Below are positions 14,074 to 25,189 of a stretch of 64,000 nt of DNA, piece after piece (within the stretch, counting starts at the first letter, position 1; each line of letters starts with the position of its first letter). The notes under the pieces are model-generated. The model had not been told where the DNA came from and ran no database searches. It was given only the letters and a program-made list of their open reading frames with translations. A program made the translations under genes and the position numbers. The stretch is from Octopus sinensis (lineage: Eukaryota), in NCBI RefSeq assembly GCF_006345805.1, contig NC_043001.1:91016001-91080000 (forward strand), in the 5' to 3' direction.

Positions 14074-15681
14074 ATGAAACTGTTAATCTCAAAACAACCA
14101 CTTGCTCTACTTATTGTTATCACATTATTAAGTATATCGAACGGTCAATATGAATGCAATTCATTGAACTGCGTGCTTCCGAACTGCAATTGTAAAAGCT
14201 CAAATATACCACATGGGTTGTCGAAAGATGTCGTACCACAGCTTGTCATGATTACATTTGATGATGCAGTCACAACAGATAACTATGAGACCTACAATCA
14301 TTTAATGACCGGGATTACGAATCCGAACGGCTGTCCAATCAGTGCTACTTTCTTTGTCTCACACGAATACACTGATTACAAGACAGTACAGCAACTCCAT
14401 TCACAGGGACACGAAATTGCCAGTCATTCGATTTCACATCGTTTTCCACCATCTTGGTGGCAAACAGCTAATTATACTGATTGGTATTCGGAAATACAGG
14501 GTCAGCGTGAAATGCTTTCTACTTGGGCTCATATCGATAAATCCGAAATCAAAGGTATGCGTGCCCCATTTCTACAGCCTGGGGGAAACTGGCAATTTCA
14601 GATTATTTCAGATTTAAAACGCGATGGTTTTAAATATGATGCTTCTTTAGTCTCTTACATTCATAAAATTGATCCATACGCTCCTCCAATATGGCCGTAT
14701 ACCCTAGACTTTCCTTCAGTTGATGATTGTGGGGTAAAACCGTGTCCTGATTGGACATTTCGTGGTTTATGGGAAATTCCATTGGTCGAATACGAAGACA
14801 AAGACGGTACTCTTTGCGCTATGTTAGATGAATGTGATGCAGCTAGATCAGAAGAAGAGCTTTATAATGTCATTATGAAGAACTTCGAGAACCATTACAA
14901 TACCAACAGAGCTCCTTTCGGAATTTATATGCATTCACCGTGGTTAAAAAATCCTTCTAATTTTAATGTGGTTCGGCGATTTATGCAAGACATAGCTACT
15001 CGGGGTGATGTTTGGTTTGTGTCACAATCAAAAGTACTTGATTGGATACAAAGTCCTAAGACACTTCAATCGATGGACACGTTTTCATCATTTAATTGTT
15101 GGTTACACCGCAGCCCCTGGGTGTGTACAGACGACCAGTCTATTACATGTGTCTATGATACTTCTGGATTTCTAGTCTGGCCGAGAAGAATTTCAAAAAG
15201 AAATGCTGTTTATCCGAAAACTAATATTTCTACTGTCTTAGATCAGGAGTATTTCAATCGGCAACAAGCTCGAGCAACACGTAAAATGAAGCTTTGGAGT
15301 CAGTCGACCGGATTAAATTTTCCAGGTAGGACTACAGAAGCCCTTTATAATGACGCAACTCCATCTTACGACTATGGAGAAGCATATGGTGTATATTACA
15401 ACGGTCAAAGTGAACCAGGCTTCATACCATATCCAAAACCAAATGAAGATGGAAATCATCAAGAAGGTTATTATTCTGAAGAATCTGGAACACCAGAACG
15501 AGAAGCAGGTGACGCCAAATTAACATCAAATCTTCTTGCGTCTATTTTAGGTCCAAAAAACAAGGCGAGAATCGGTGTTAGTCGTAAAAAGAGACAGTCC
15601 AACACATTCCATGAACTTCACATATGTTCGGAATATTGTCCCTTTCGATACCCTTGGCTTAACAATATCGATGGCCAATAA
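14074..15681 (+). CDS. Secreted chitin/polysaccharide deacetylase (CE4, NodB fold; catalytic-domain-only CDA type), 535 aa, CDS without introns
   Basis: Uninterrupted ORF with a hydrophobic signal peptide (MKLLISKQPLALLIVITLLSISNG). CE4 motifs are intact: MITFDD, HEIASHSISH, GMRAPF, WPYTLD, LWEIP, RAPFGIYMH. It ends in the animal-CDA tail C-x3-CP-x2-YPW. No CBM14 or LDLa module is visible. Confidence 0.93.
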   Translation: MKLLISKQPLALLIVITLLSISNGQYECNSLNCVLPNCNCKSSNIPHGLSKDVVPQLVMITFDDAVTTDNYETYNHLMTGITNPNGCPISATFFVSHEYTDYKTVQQLHSQGHEIASHSISHRFPPSWWQTANYTDWYSEIQGQREMLSTWAHIDKSEIKGMRAPFLQPGGNWQFQIISDLKRDGFKYDASLVSYIHKIDPYAPPIWPYTLDFPSVDDCGVKPCPDWTFRGLWEIPLVEYEDKDGTLCAMLDECDAARSEEELYNVIMKNFENHYNTNRAPFGIYMHSPWLKNPSNFNVVRRFMQDIATRGDVWFVSQSKVLDWIQSPKTLQSMDTFSSFNCWLHRSPWVCTDDQSITCVYDTSGFLVWPRRISKRNAVYPKTNISTVLDQEYFNRQQARATRKMKLWSQSTGLNFPGRTTEALYNDATPSYDYGEAYGVYYNGQSEPGFIPYPKPNEDGNHQEGYYSEESGTPEREAGDAKLTSNLLASILGPKNKARIGVSRKKRQSNTFHELHICSEYCPFRYPWLNNIDGQ

Positions 15682-15916
15682 GATAGATATACCAAACACG
15701 TACAAAAATGTATTATTTTCCTTTTTTCCGAATTTTGTTTAGAGTGTTTTAGGTTTTGATTTTGAAATAACTTTTTATGGCTTAGTCAGTGGAGCCAAGT
15801 CAGTGCTTAGCACCCTCTTCAGGGCCTCAGTCACTGGTAGAAGTGGAGACCTAGCCTAAATACTTACCGTAGAGTACACACCAATAAAGGTGCCCAAAGA
15901 CCAGTTATTACATTAA

Positions 15917-16137
15917 ACCTTTAATATACAGATTATCCTGTCAAATGTAATGCTTATTTATTCACATTGTTTTGAATTAAACAGGCATTATCTCGTAGCT
16001 TCGAGATTTCGATGATATGATTGTTTATTTTTTTAGAATGGCATTGCAGGGTAAGTATGAGGGACCAGATCTGTTCAATTTGAACATAAAACAGAAAGGA
16101 TTTTTCAGCCGGATAAGGACAGTTTAAGCGCTAAGAG
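15917..16137. mobile_element. piggyBac-like MITE, inverted relative to the 220-439 copy
   Basis: TTAA flanks; sequence similar to the reverse complement of 220-439. Confidence 0.6.
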
Positions 16138-16665
16138 TTAAATAAAATTTCGCTTCTACCCAAGCCAAGGAACAATCCCTCTGACAGGTTGCCGCACAGT
16201 TTCCGTCTACCAAATTCTAATCACAAAATTTTGAGCTATTTGGAGCTATGGTAGATGAAACCTATTCAAAATTCCGTGCAGCAGGAACAAACCCCAAACC
16301 ATATAACTGAAGAGAACTCCTAAACTGTACAACCACGACTAAGCCAGAAAGCAAAGACGACATTCAACAAGCATCAACTATCAGCAATAGATTCACTTTA
16401 TCTATAGGTTCCCATATAACGGTGTATATACGGGTTGTATATTAGGTTCTCAGTATTTAATGCTGGCAGACTTATGAGGCACGCGGTACACTGAATTACC
16501 TCCTGGTTTACCAACTCGGACTTCTTGGATTATCATTTCAATTAAATTCGAGTTGCCTTTCTGGATTACATCGGATCTATGTTATTGTATTATGTACATG
16601 TGAGTGTGTGCAAACATGTCAGTATACATGAAATATGTATGTATATGTGTGTGTATGTACATGCA

Positions 16666-16699
<34 letters not shown>

Positions 16700-16712
<13 letters not shown>

Positions 16713-16918
16713 TCAGATGCAGCACGGATTTTTGTCAGTGAACAGGTCACGGATTTTAGCGATGAAAATATTTTGACAAATTAAACGTAGATGTTGAAGT
16801 GAATCGAACGGCTTTTGTGTGTTTCTTAAATGGCTTACAAACACCTTCCACACAGCAATTGTTTTCGTTCCAGCACACGATCTCAGATCAAATCACTTGC
16901 TATGCGAGTACATCTCCG
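16700..16918 (+). mobile_element. Penelope-like terminal-repeat remnant, family 1
   Basis: Inserted in (TA)n, homologous to 38822-39100, and carries a hammerhead-like fold. Confidence 0.6.
16731..16780 (+). ncRNA. Putative minimal type I hammerhead ribozyme, G3:C8 variant (helix II has one mismatch)
   Basis: tttgtca-GTGAACA-g-gtcac..gcgat-GAAA-ata-TTT-tgacaaa. Confidence 0.5.
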
Positions 16919-17334
16919 TAATATATATATATATATGTATGTTTGTGTATGTATATATATATATATATATACACATACATATATGTATGTATTTTTATAT
17001 ATGTATAATCTACAGCAGCTCATCTCACAACATATGTGTGCGTGCGTGCGTGCGTGCGCGCGTGTGTGTGTGTATCACAATCGCAATTGTGCGTCCTTGG
17101 TAAGCGACTAGTCATTATCAACATAAATATTGTTAGCTATTGAGAAAACACACACACACACACACACACACGCGCGCGCACACGCACACACACACACACA
17201 CACCACACACACACACACATACACGTCTAATTCCAAATTATGGGAGTGGAAAAAGTAAAACGTAAGCTACATATGTTTCTTAGCTAACTGTAGCTCATTA
17301 CATAAATCTTGCGCACTTCATGTATACGGGTGTC

Positions 17335-17383
<49 letters not shown>

Positions 17384-17399
17384 CAGGAATTAATCTTCT

Positions 17400-18281
17400 C
17401 TATTCGTTCCTTTGCACCATATGAGCTCAACTCTCCTCCCCTCTTCATCTAACCTCCCCCCTCCCACACTTACTTCCTCTCTTCACTCTCACCCACCTCT
17501 CCTCTCCTCTCTTGTTCTAACACCTACTTCCTCTCTTCACTCCTACCCACATTCTCCCTTCCACCCTCTCCCTTCATCGTCACCACCTCCATCGTTACCT
17601 ACACATTCCAACCCCACCATCTCTATACATCCTATCCCACCCCACCCTATCCCCCATATTCCACTCTCACATACCCCACCTTACCACACCCTGACACCCC
17701 ACTCCCACATAATACCCCACCCTCACCTCTCCCACACCCCAACAGCACCACACCACACACCACCGCACCACACCACACACCACCACACCACACCACATCA
17801 CACCACACACCACCACACCACACACCACCACACCACCATACCACACCACATCACATCACACCATCCCGCACACACTAACATTGATCACTTCCCAGCACCC
17901 ACACCGTCATCCACACACCTACACCTGCACACACGCACACGTCAAGGTCTCCAACCCTATCCACAAGCACATACACGCTCTCACACACACACGCATGCGC
18001 ACCGTCGTTTTGTTGATCACCACTACTTTATTATCTCTCCTTCCTAGCTCTCCTGTCTGACCACCTCTGTCCGGCATTCGCCATGATTAATCGCTTGCCA
18101 CTAAACCTTTTTTAAAAAAATTTCTCTCCGTTTATTTCTGTGTTCCTTTCTGCTGAAAAGCGTAGGCTCGAAACGTAAAAGACTTTCTCACTTCCCGAGC
18201 GTTAAACTAATACATCTGTTTGTTGTTTACAACACCTGTCTTCGTCTTTTGTTTTGTTTGTTGTTTTGTAAATTTCAACTA
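17400..18281 (+). mobile_element. Penelope-like remnant, family 2
   Basis: Pyrimidine/CCACA-rich body followed by a hammerhead-like motif at 18146-18181. Microsatellite flanks. Confidence 0.5.
18146..18181 (+). ncRNA. Putative degenerate minimal hammerhead ribozyme
   Basis: cttt-CTGCTGA-a-aagc-gtag-gctc-GAAAC-GTA-aaag, with an ACGT palindromic helix III. Confidence 0.45.
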
Positions 18282-18302
18282 TACACACACACACACACAC
18301 AC

Positions 18303-18335
<33 letters not shown>

Positions 18336-18572
18336 TGTATGTATTATGTATGTATGTGTGTGTGTGTGTGTTTGTGGGTGTGTGTTGTAAACCGCCCCCC
18401 CCCAACATCGCTTGGTGTTGGTGTGTTTACGTAATCTAGAGTTTTGGCAAAATAGACCGACATAATAAGTACTAGTCTTAAAAAGAATAAGTCCTGGGAT
18501 CGATTTGTTCGACTGAAGGCGGTGCTCCAGTATGGCCACAGTCAAATGACTGAAACAAATAAAAGAATAAAA

Positions 18573-18615
<43 letters not shown>

Positions 18616-18699
18616 AGCACACATACAAATGTATGTGTATCTGTTTTGTGTGTATGAGTGTGTATGTGGGGGAGTGTGTCTGTATGTGTGTGTTTGTGT

Positions 18700-18824
<125 letters not shown>

Positions 18825-19206
18825 AATCGTTAAGCTTTTAAATACATGATTCTGAAAGAGACTTTAAGTCTTGTGACTTGACAAATGAAATCCCTACGTG
18901 ATTCCATTACCAAAAAAAAATGAATAAATGAAACACAAAATATGAAAAAAGAATGCAAAGCCGGACTATATTTAGACTGTGAATGAAATAAATGTAGGAA
19001 GGTTTCTAAACAATTTTGAATGCTTTAGTAGCAAAAATCGTTCCGATTTTATTACCTTGATTGGTCCTTTTGTCACGATGGAGTGAAAAATTAATGTAGA
19101 TGTGAAATATATGTATTTTGAAATAAACACTTTTCATTTCTCAGCCTTTGTTTTTGGTTTGATTTATTAAGAAAGATAGGCGCAGGCGTGGCTGTGTAGT
19201 AAGAAG

Positions 19207-20194
19207 ATATTTCCAGATTTTTTGAGAATGGCCGGTTCTAGGTATCCGGTGATACTTGAGGGACACCTCCCACCCAAGTGTCACCTGTGCCTGGAACCAG
19301 GCCACATTAAAAAGAACTGTCCCCAGGACCAAGGCAAGGTCCTGGAGCAGTTAATAAAAATACCGCTCACTGCTCTCCCATTGGAGGGAGAGAAGGAGGC
19401 AGTCGAGGAGGTGGAGACCTCCTCGAAAAAAGGAAAAAAAAAGGTGGGTAACAATGGTTGCCCACCGAAGGATCCGAAGGCTACGGGAGGGAAGGAAGAT
19501 CTTCTGGACAAAACGAAAGAACTCCATTCTCCCGTGGCTCAAAGGAAAAAAAAGAGAAAGTAAAACGGGACATTGCCGGCGGTTTGTGACACACTGCTGG
19601 CTTATCCCGAAGCACCTTCGGTGCGAGTTGTGCTACCGGAGATAGTTACTGTAGGCCCTTTCCAGGCTAAGGATGAGGAATTTGTGATCCTCTTCCATAA
19701 GGGAGGGTCGTTGGAAAGCTTCGTTAAGAAGTTTAAAAAGAAAGGCCGGAGGGAAGGGATTCTATCCTGCACTGAGGACCCTGACTGGCCTTCGCAGGTG
19801 GCTGCGGAGGTCATATGGGAGATCGATTTGTGCAGAGTGATGAATTTCTTCCCCGAGGACACTTTTAGATTTATGTTAAAGTGACCCGACTTTGCACCGT
19901 CCAGGTGCTTGAATGAGGCGAGGAGCCTGGTCGGGCAGGAAAGTTTATAATTGAAAATAAAAGTAAGCGGTTTAGTGCCTCATTTTGTTTTTTGAATTGT
20001 GAAAAATGTAAGAGGTCTGTTGCCTCGTAAATGAAATATAAAAGAGCAGTGTTTTCGGGTAAGCAGCAATCGGCGGGCGTTGTTTGTTACCCTCATTTAT
20101 CATAAGTTTCATTTGTCATTTCATAACATTATGTCTATATCCAACCCGTAGCTTCCCTTCTATGTAAGGCCTTTATGGTCAATATAATGAATAA
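19207..20194 (+). mobile_element. Tx1/L1-like ORF1 (CCHC zinc knuckle) retro-insert with AAGAAG TSD, inside a SINE
   Basis: CHLCLEPGHIKKNC knuckle in ORF 19222-19563 and 3' end atgaataaa. AAGAAG at 19201-19206 and 20195-20200. The SINE head precedes the insert and the SINE body resumes after it. Confidence 0.75.
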
Positions 20195-20606
20195 AAGAAG
20201 CTTGCTTCCCGATCTCATGGTTCAGGGTTCAGTTCCACTGCGTGGCACCTTGGGCAAGTGTTTTCTACTATAGCCTCGGGCTAAGCAAAGCCTTGTGAGT
20301 GAATTTGGTAGACGGAAACTGAAAGAAGCCCGTCACAGATATATATGTATATATCTATGTGTGTGTGTGTCTTTGTATCCGTGTTTGTCTTCCACCACTG
20401 CTTGACAACCGGCGCTGGATGTTTAAAGCCCCCGTAGCTTAGCGGTTCGGCCTCAGTACTTATTCGTTTTAAATCTGATACTTAATATGTTTTCTTCTTT
20501 TGCCGAACCGCTAGGCGTCAGGAACGTACACAAGTTAATACAGGTTGTCAGGCAGGTGTGCGTGGTAAACATCACGAACACACACACACACACACACACC
20601 ACACAC

Positions 20607-20651
<45 letters not shown>

Positions 20652-21899
20652 TAATATATACATCTTTTATCTTTCACTTGTTTCAGTCATCAGAATGCGA
20701 CCATGCTGGGGCACCGCCTTGAAGAAATTTTAGTCGAATGAATCGACCACAGTACTTTTTTTAAACTTTTAAAAAAAAAGTTTGATACTCTTTATATCAG
20801 TTTCTTTTGGCGAACTGCTGCGTTACGGGGATGTAAACAAACCAACACTGGTTGTCAAGCAGTATTGGGGGGTGCTAAGAACAAACACATTCACGAAGAC
20901 ACGGTTCAGTCAAACAAATCGACCCCGCTACTTATTATTTTGTTAGCCTGGCACTTACTTATTCCACCAGTTACTGATGGCGAACTGTTAAGTTACATGA
21001 ACGTAAACTAGTCAACACCGGTTGTCAAGCTGTGATGGAAGGGACACACACACAAGACTGGTGTAGTTTGCTTGAAGCTTAGCAGAATACGTAATAAAAT
21101 CGATGTGTTAAAGAAGGTTATAGCAGTACAGATCGATTACTAAATATCATTCCCAATATTTAGTGTAAATCCAAAATCATAGTAAAAGTGGAGATTCAGT
21201 TATAATTTTTTTCTATTTTATAATTTATGTAAATTTTACACTCGCATAGACTAGCATTTATGTGGTATATCTGTTTACCAACGTCGGTTTGTAATCAACA
21301 ATGGAGTAAATTACAGTTTTCCTGTGATGATCTAGTGTTGTAGAGTGGCTATGCATCCGTCTTTGTAACAATTACCGTATAGTATACTAGTATACGCTAG
21401 TGAAACACGTGTAAAAATGACGTAATTTATGATGCTATAATAAAGAAATGTAAGCGAATCTCCAGTTTTATAATGATCTAATGTATACATACACATACGC
21501 ACGTAAGACAATAGTGAGCATAAAATTCATGTAACTTTATATTGTCCAGTATGTAACCGAGAAGTATGTCAATTTTTCAGATACATTAACATTCTACAAC
21601 TAATTATTTTTCATTCAAATTTGTTTATTTATTCATTTTTATCGGTTTATCTAAAGAGAAAAGCATTGCTTTGCCAAGTTCTAAAATGCAAGATAGGAAA
21701 AAAAAACTGGACGAAATGATATGATGAATGCTCACCGTGACCCAGTTTTTTTCCCCAACATTTATGGTACAAACAATGCATAGTTATGACATTCCTGAAA
21801 GCCAGTCGGTCGTCAGAATCCCATTGAAAACTTTATTTCCACAAACTTTAATTAGAGTGTATCAGCTACACAAAGTTCATTCCTCTTCCAACTAATATC

Positions 21900-23361
21900 T
21901 AAAGGTGGGCATCGTTAATCGAAAAGTTAACTTCGTTAACCGCTAATACGTAAACCAAAAAGTTAACTTCAATAACCGTTGATCAGTTAATTCATTTAAA
22001 ATGTAACGGATGTTATTGATAAACCGTTAACGTTAATTTTAATTATAGAAAAAAAACCAAAATCAGTTTCTACTCTAAAAGCACCTTTAAAAGTAGCAAA
22101 ACTATTAATCAGCCAATTTTGGCCTTTTTAAGGGCTTTAGAACCCAAAAACTATAGTTTTTTTCTTTTTGCTTTAGAGTTAAAAATGCTGATTTTATAGT
22201 TTTAAATTTTAATATACCTAAAAAAAAGCTACTTTCATAGTTTTGGCCCTTTTTAGGTTTTTAAAACCTTTTAGAACCAGAAATGGGTAAAAAAAACCTC
22301 AAATGAAACACAGTATTAGTATTAAGCTAAAAAAAGGTTTATTGATAAAGTGACCGTAAAAAAAAATAAGAACAAAAATAATGAAAAACATGATATATAC
22401 ATAATTAAATTTTTCCTCCTCTTCTCGTTCTCCATTTTGTTCATGAGATGCATGTTTCCTTTCATGAAGATTAGGATGTCAAAGTTTTCATCAAGTATGA
22501 TCTCTTGCCCCTCAAGATGTCCTTGCCCATAGAGAACAAACGCTCCATTGCAGCACTGGAGAAAATGGCTATGTTGAACTTGATGAACAAGTCCACCAAC
22601 ACTTACTCACCCAAGAAAGCAGCATCTGTCAGCAAGACCTTGGAGTTGGCTTCCAACCACATTCTGGGCCTTGTCCTTGAGTGACTTGTGGTTCCTGCTG
22701 CTCTCTTTTTGGGGGGGTAACACCACTGAAGAAGTCATCCTCTTCTTCGTTGTTGGAGACAACCAGCCTCCTTCCCACCTCAGAGTAGATGTTGTCTGCT
22801 GTCACAATGTTGCAATCTTGTTGGTTCCATGGCACCCCTGTAAGGCCTCTTGAACACTGCACTCCTTTTATCCTTCTCTGGCTCTAAAAGCTTTTAAAAA
22901 TCTATAAAAGGGCCAAAACTATGAAATTAGCCTTTTATGTCTTTTAAATGTTAAAACTATAAGATCAGCATTTTTTAAATTCTAAAGCAAAAACAAAAAA
23001 AAACTATAGTTTTGGGACTCTAAAGCCCTTAAAAAAGCCAGAAAGGTAAAAAAAAAAGGCTGATTTTATAGTTTCGGCACATTTTTATAGGTATTTAAGG
23101 TGGTTTTAGAGCAAAAACTGATTTTTTTGCTTTTTTCTATAATAGAAATTAACATTAATATTAATAGAAATTAACATTAACGGTTTATCGATAACTTCCG
23201 TTACATTTTTAAAGAATTAACTGATTAACGGAAGCTAAATGTAACAAAAGTTAATAAGTCCGATAATGATTTCCAAAGTTGACTTAAAATTTAAATCGTT
23301 AACGAAAACGTTAACTTCCTTAACTGACGATTAACGAATTAACAATTTGTGCCCAGGTTTG
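21900..23361 (-). mobile_element. Non-autonomous hAT transposon with long inverted arms and a residual transposase C-terminus
   Basis: 8-bp TSD CTAATATC at 21892-21899 and 23362-23369, with ~400-bp imperfect inverted arms. The internal minus strand encodes LFIKFNIAIFSSAAMERLFSMGKDIL and DENFDILIFMKGN (hAT dimerisation domain). Confidence 0.9.
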
Positions 23362-24192
23362 CTAATATCACACTAACTCAGTTGTCAGCGATATTTATAC
23401 AAAATTGCCATTGCATACAATAATGAGCTTTACCTAGATAAAGTTGACTGGGCGTCAGAAATAATAACTTGGAGTGGAGCGACTTAGTCCGTATCATTTT
23501 AAGACCCACTAGTCTGAGAGAAAGGACTAAATGACTAAAAGAAATATAGTTATATTTGGATTGGCGCAACTAGATGACTTAAGAGAAAATACTGTTAGGA
23601 AGAAGCTTGCTGCTTTTAGTACAAGGTCATTATTACAGGGTCTGTGAAGTAGTCCATGTATAAGAGTCATAAAAGGAGAGGCAGATGTATCAAGTAAAGA
23701 TTCAAGTAAAGATGGTAGATACCTGACAAAGGTGTGTTGCGTTGGTGTATAAGAGCCGTCCAGTTTGTAGAAGTAAGTGTACTGCATTTATAAAACAAAA
23801 TTCTTAAAAGTACAAGATATATAGTAACAATATAAAAAATATATATATATAACCATCATCATCATTTAACGTTCATTGTCATGCTGGCATGAGTTGGACG
23901 GTTTGACTTAGCTGGCACGCTGCGCCAAGGTCCAGTCTGATTTAGCATGGTTTTCTACGGCTGGATGTCCTTCCTATCGCCATCGTTTGACAACCGATGT
24001 TGGTGTGATTTATTCTTTTATTCTTGTATTCTTTTTACTTGGTTCAGTCTTTAGTCGAGCAAATCGACCCCAGGATTTATTCTTAGTAAACCTAGTACTT
24101 ATATTATCGGTCTCTTGCCGAACCGCTAGGTTTCGGGGATGTAACTGCACCAGTATCGGTTGTCAAGAGATGTTAGTGGGGGAAAGCACAGA

Positions 24193-24252
<60 letters not shown>

Positions 24253-25189
24253 TACATACATACATACATACATACATACATACTTACATATATATATATA
24301 TATATACATACGTACATATATTATATAAATATCATTGTGTGTGTGTGTCTGTGTGTAATCTATAATATATATCCTGTTCTGTGTGTGTAAAAGATTATAA
24401 CGGCCGTGTTTTTCAACTGATTTTATCCAAACTGGGCACATACATTACTCATGTTCTAGGGATGGTTTTAGACTTAAACTTTTCCACATAATGTGAAACG
24501 GGCCCTCTGGGGGCAGAAAAAACCCGTTCCTGGGTTAGATTGAGAAAGGCAGTAACTCTTTGCGAAGTAAGTTCCAGAAATTGATTGTCTCCCTTACATC
24601 CATTGGTCAAAAAAATCTTAATATTACTTTTTATACTAGGTTCACGTCTTTGAAAGCTTTTAAAAATATTTACTTCCAGTTTTCTAGCGTCAGTGACGTC
24701 TATATCTCTCTATTTATATCTCTCTATCCATCTCTCTCTACCTATCTCTATCTCTCTATCTCATGTTTCTTTCTGCTTTGTTGGAGGTTGCCGTAATGCT
24801 GTTGGACGAAGTTGGTGCGTCTCAACGTAGCCGCTGTGGTGGTGTTGTCGTCTGGCGTTGTCGTTGGAACTGTCTGTCTTTGTGGTCAGTAACTAGACCT
24901 TAAAAGGTCTGGAACCAAAGACTTCGAACCAAGGAGAAGCTGGGTTTTTATAAGGAACTGTAGGCTCAAAACAGGGTAGAGAACAAGCCGTTCCGCGTGA
25001 TCGTATTTAGGGACTCCGACTGGTTACACACGGCAAGTTGGCAAGACAGAGTAAGAGACAAATTGCGCCAATACCAACCAATCAGAGTAGTAGACACAAT
25101 GGGATCCAAATAGCGGCCTAACGTATATGTACATTCGAACGTTGCTGTTCCCTGCGACGTTCGAATGTACATATATATAATAAATAGGA

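Noticed and set aside
17412-18047. 211-aa His/Pro/Thr-rich ORF
   Set aside because: Translation of the pyrimidine/CCACA low-complexity body of a repeat.
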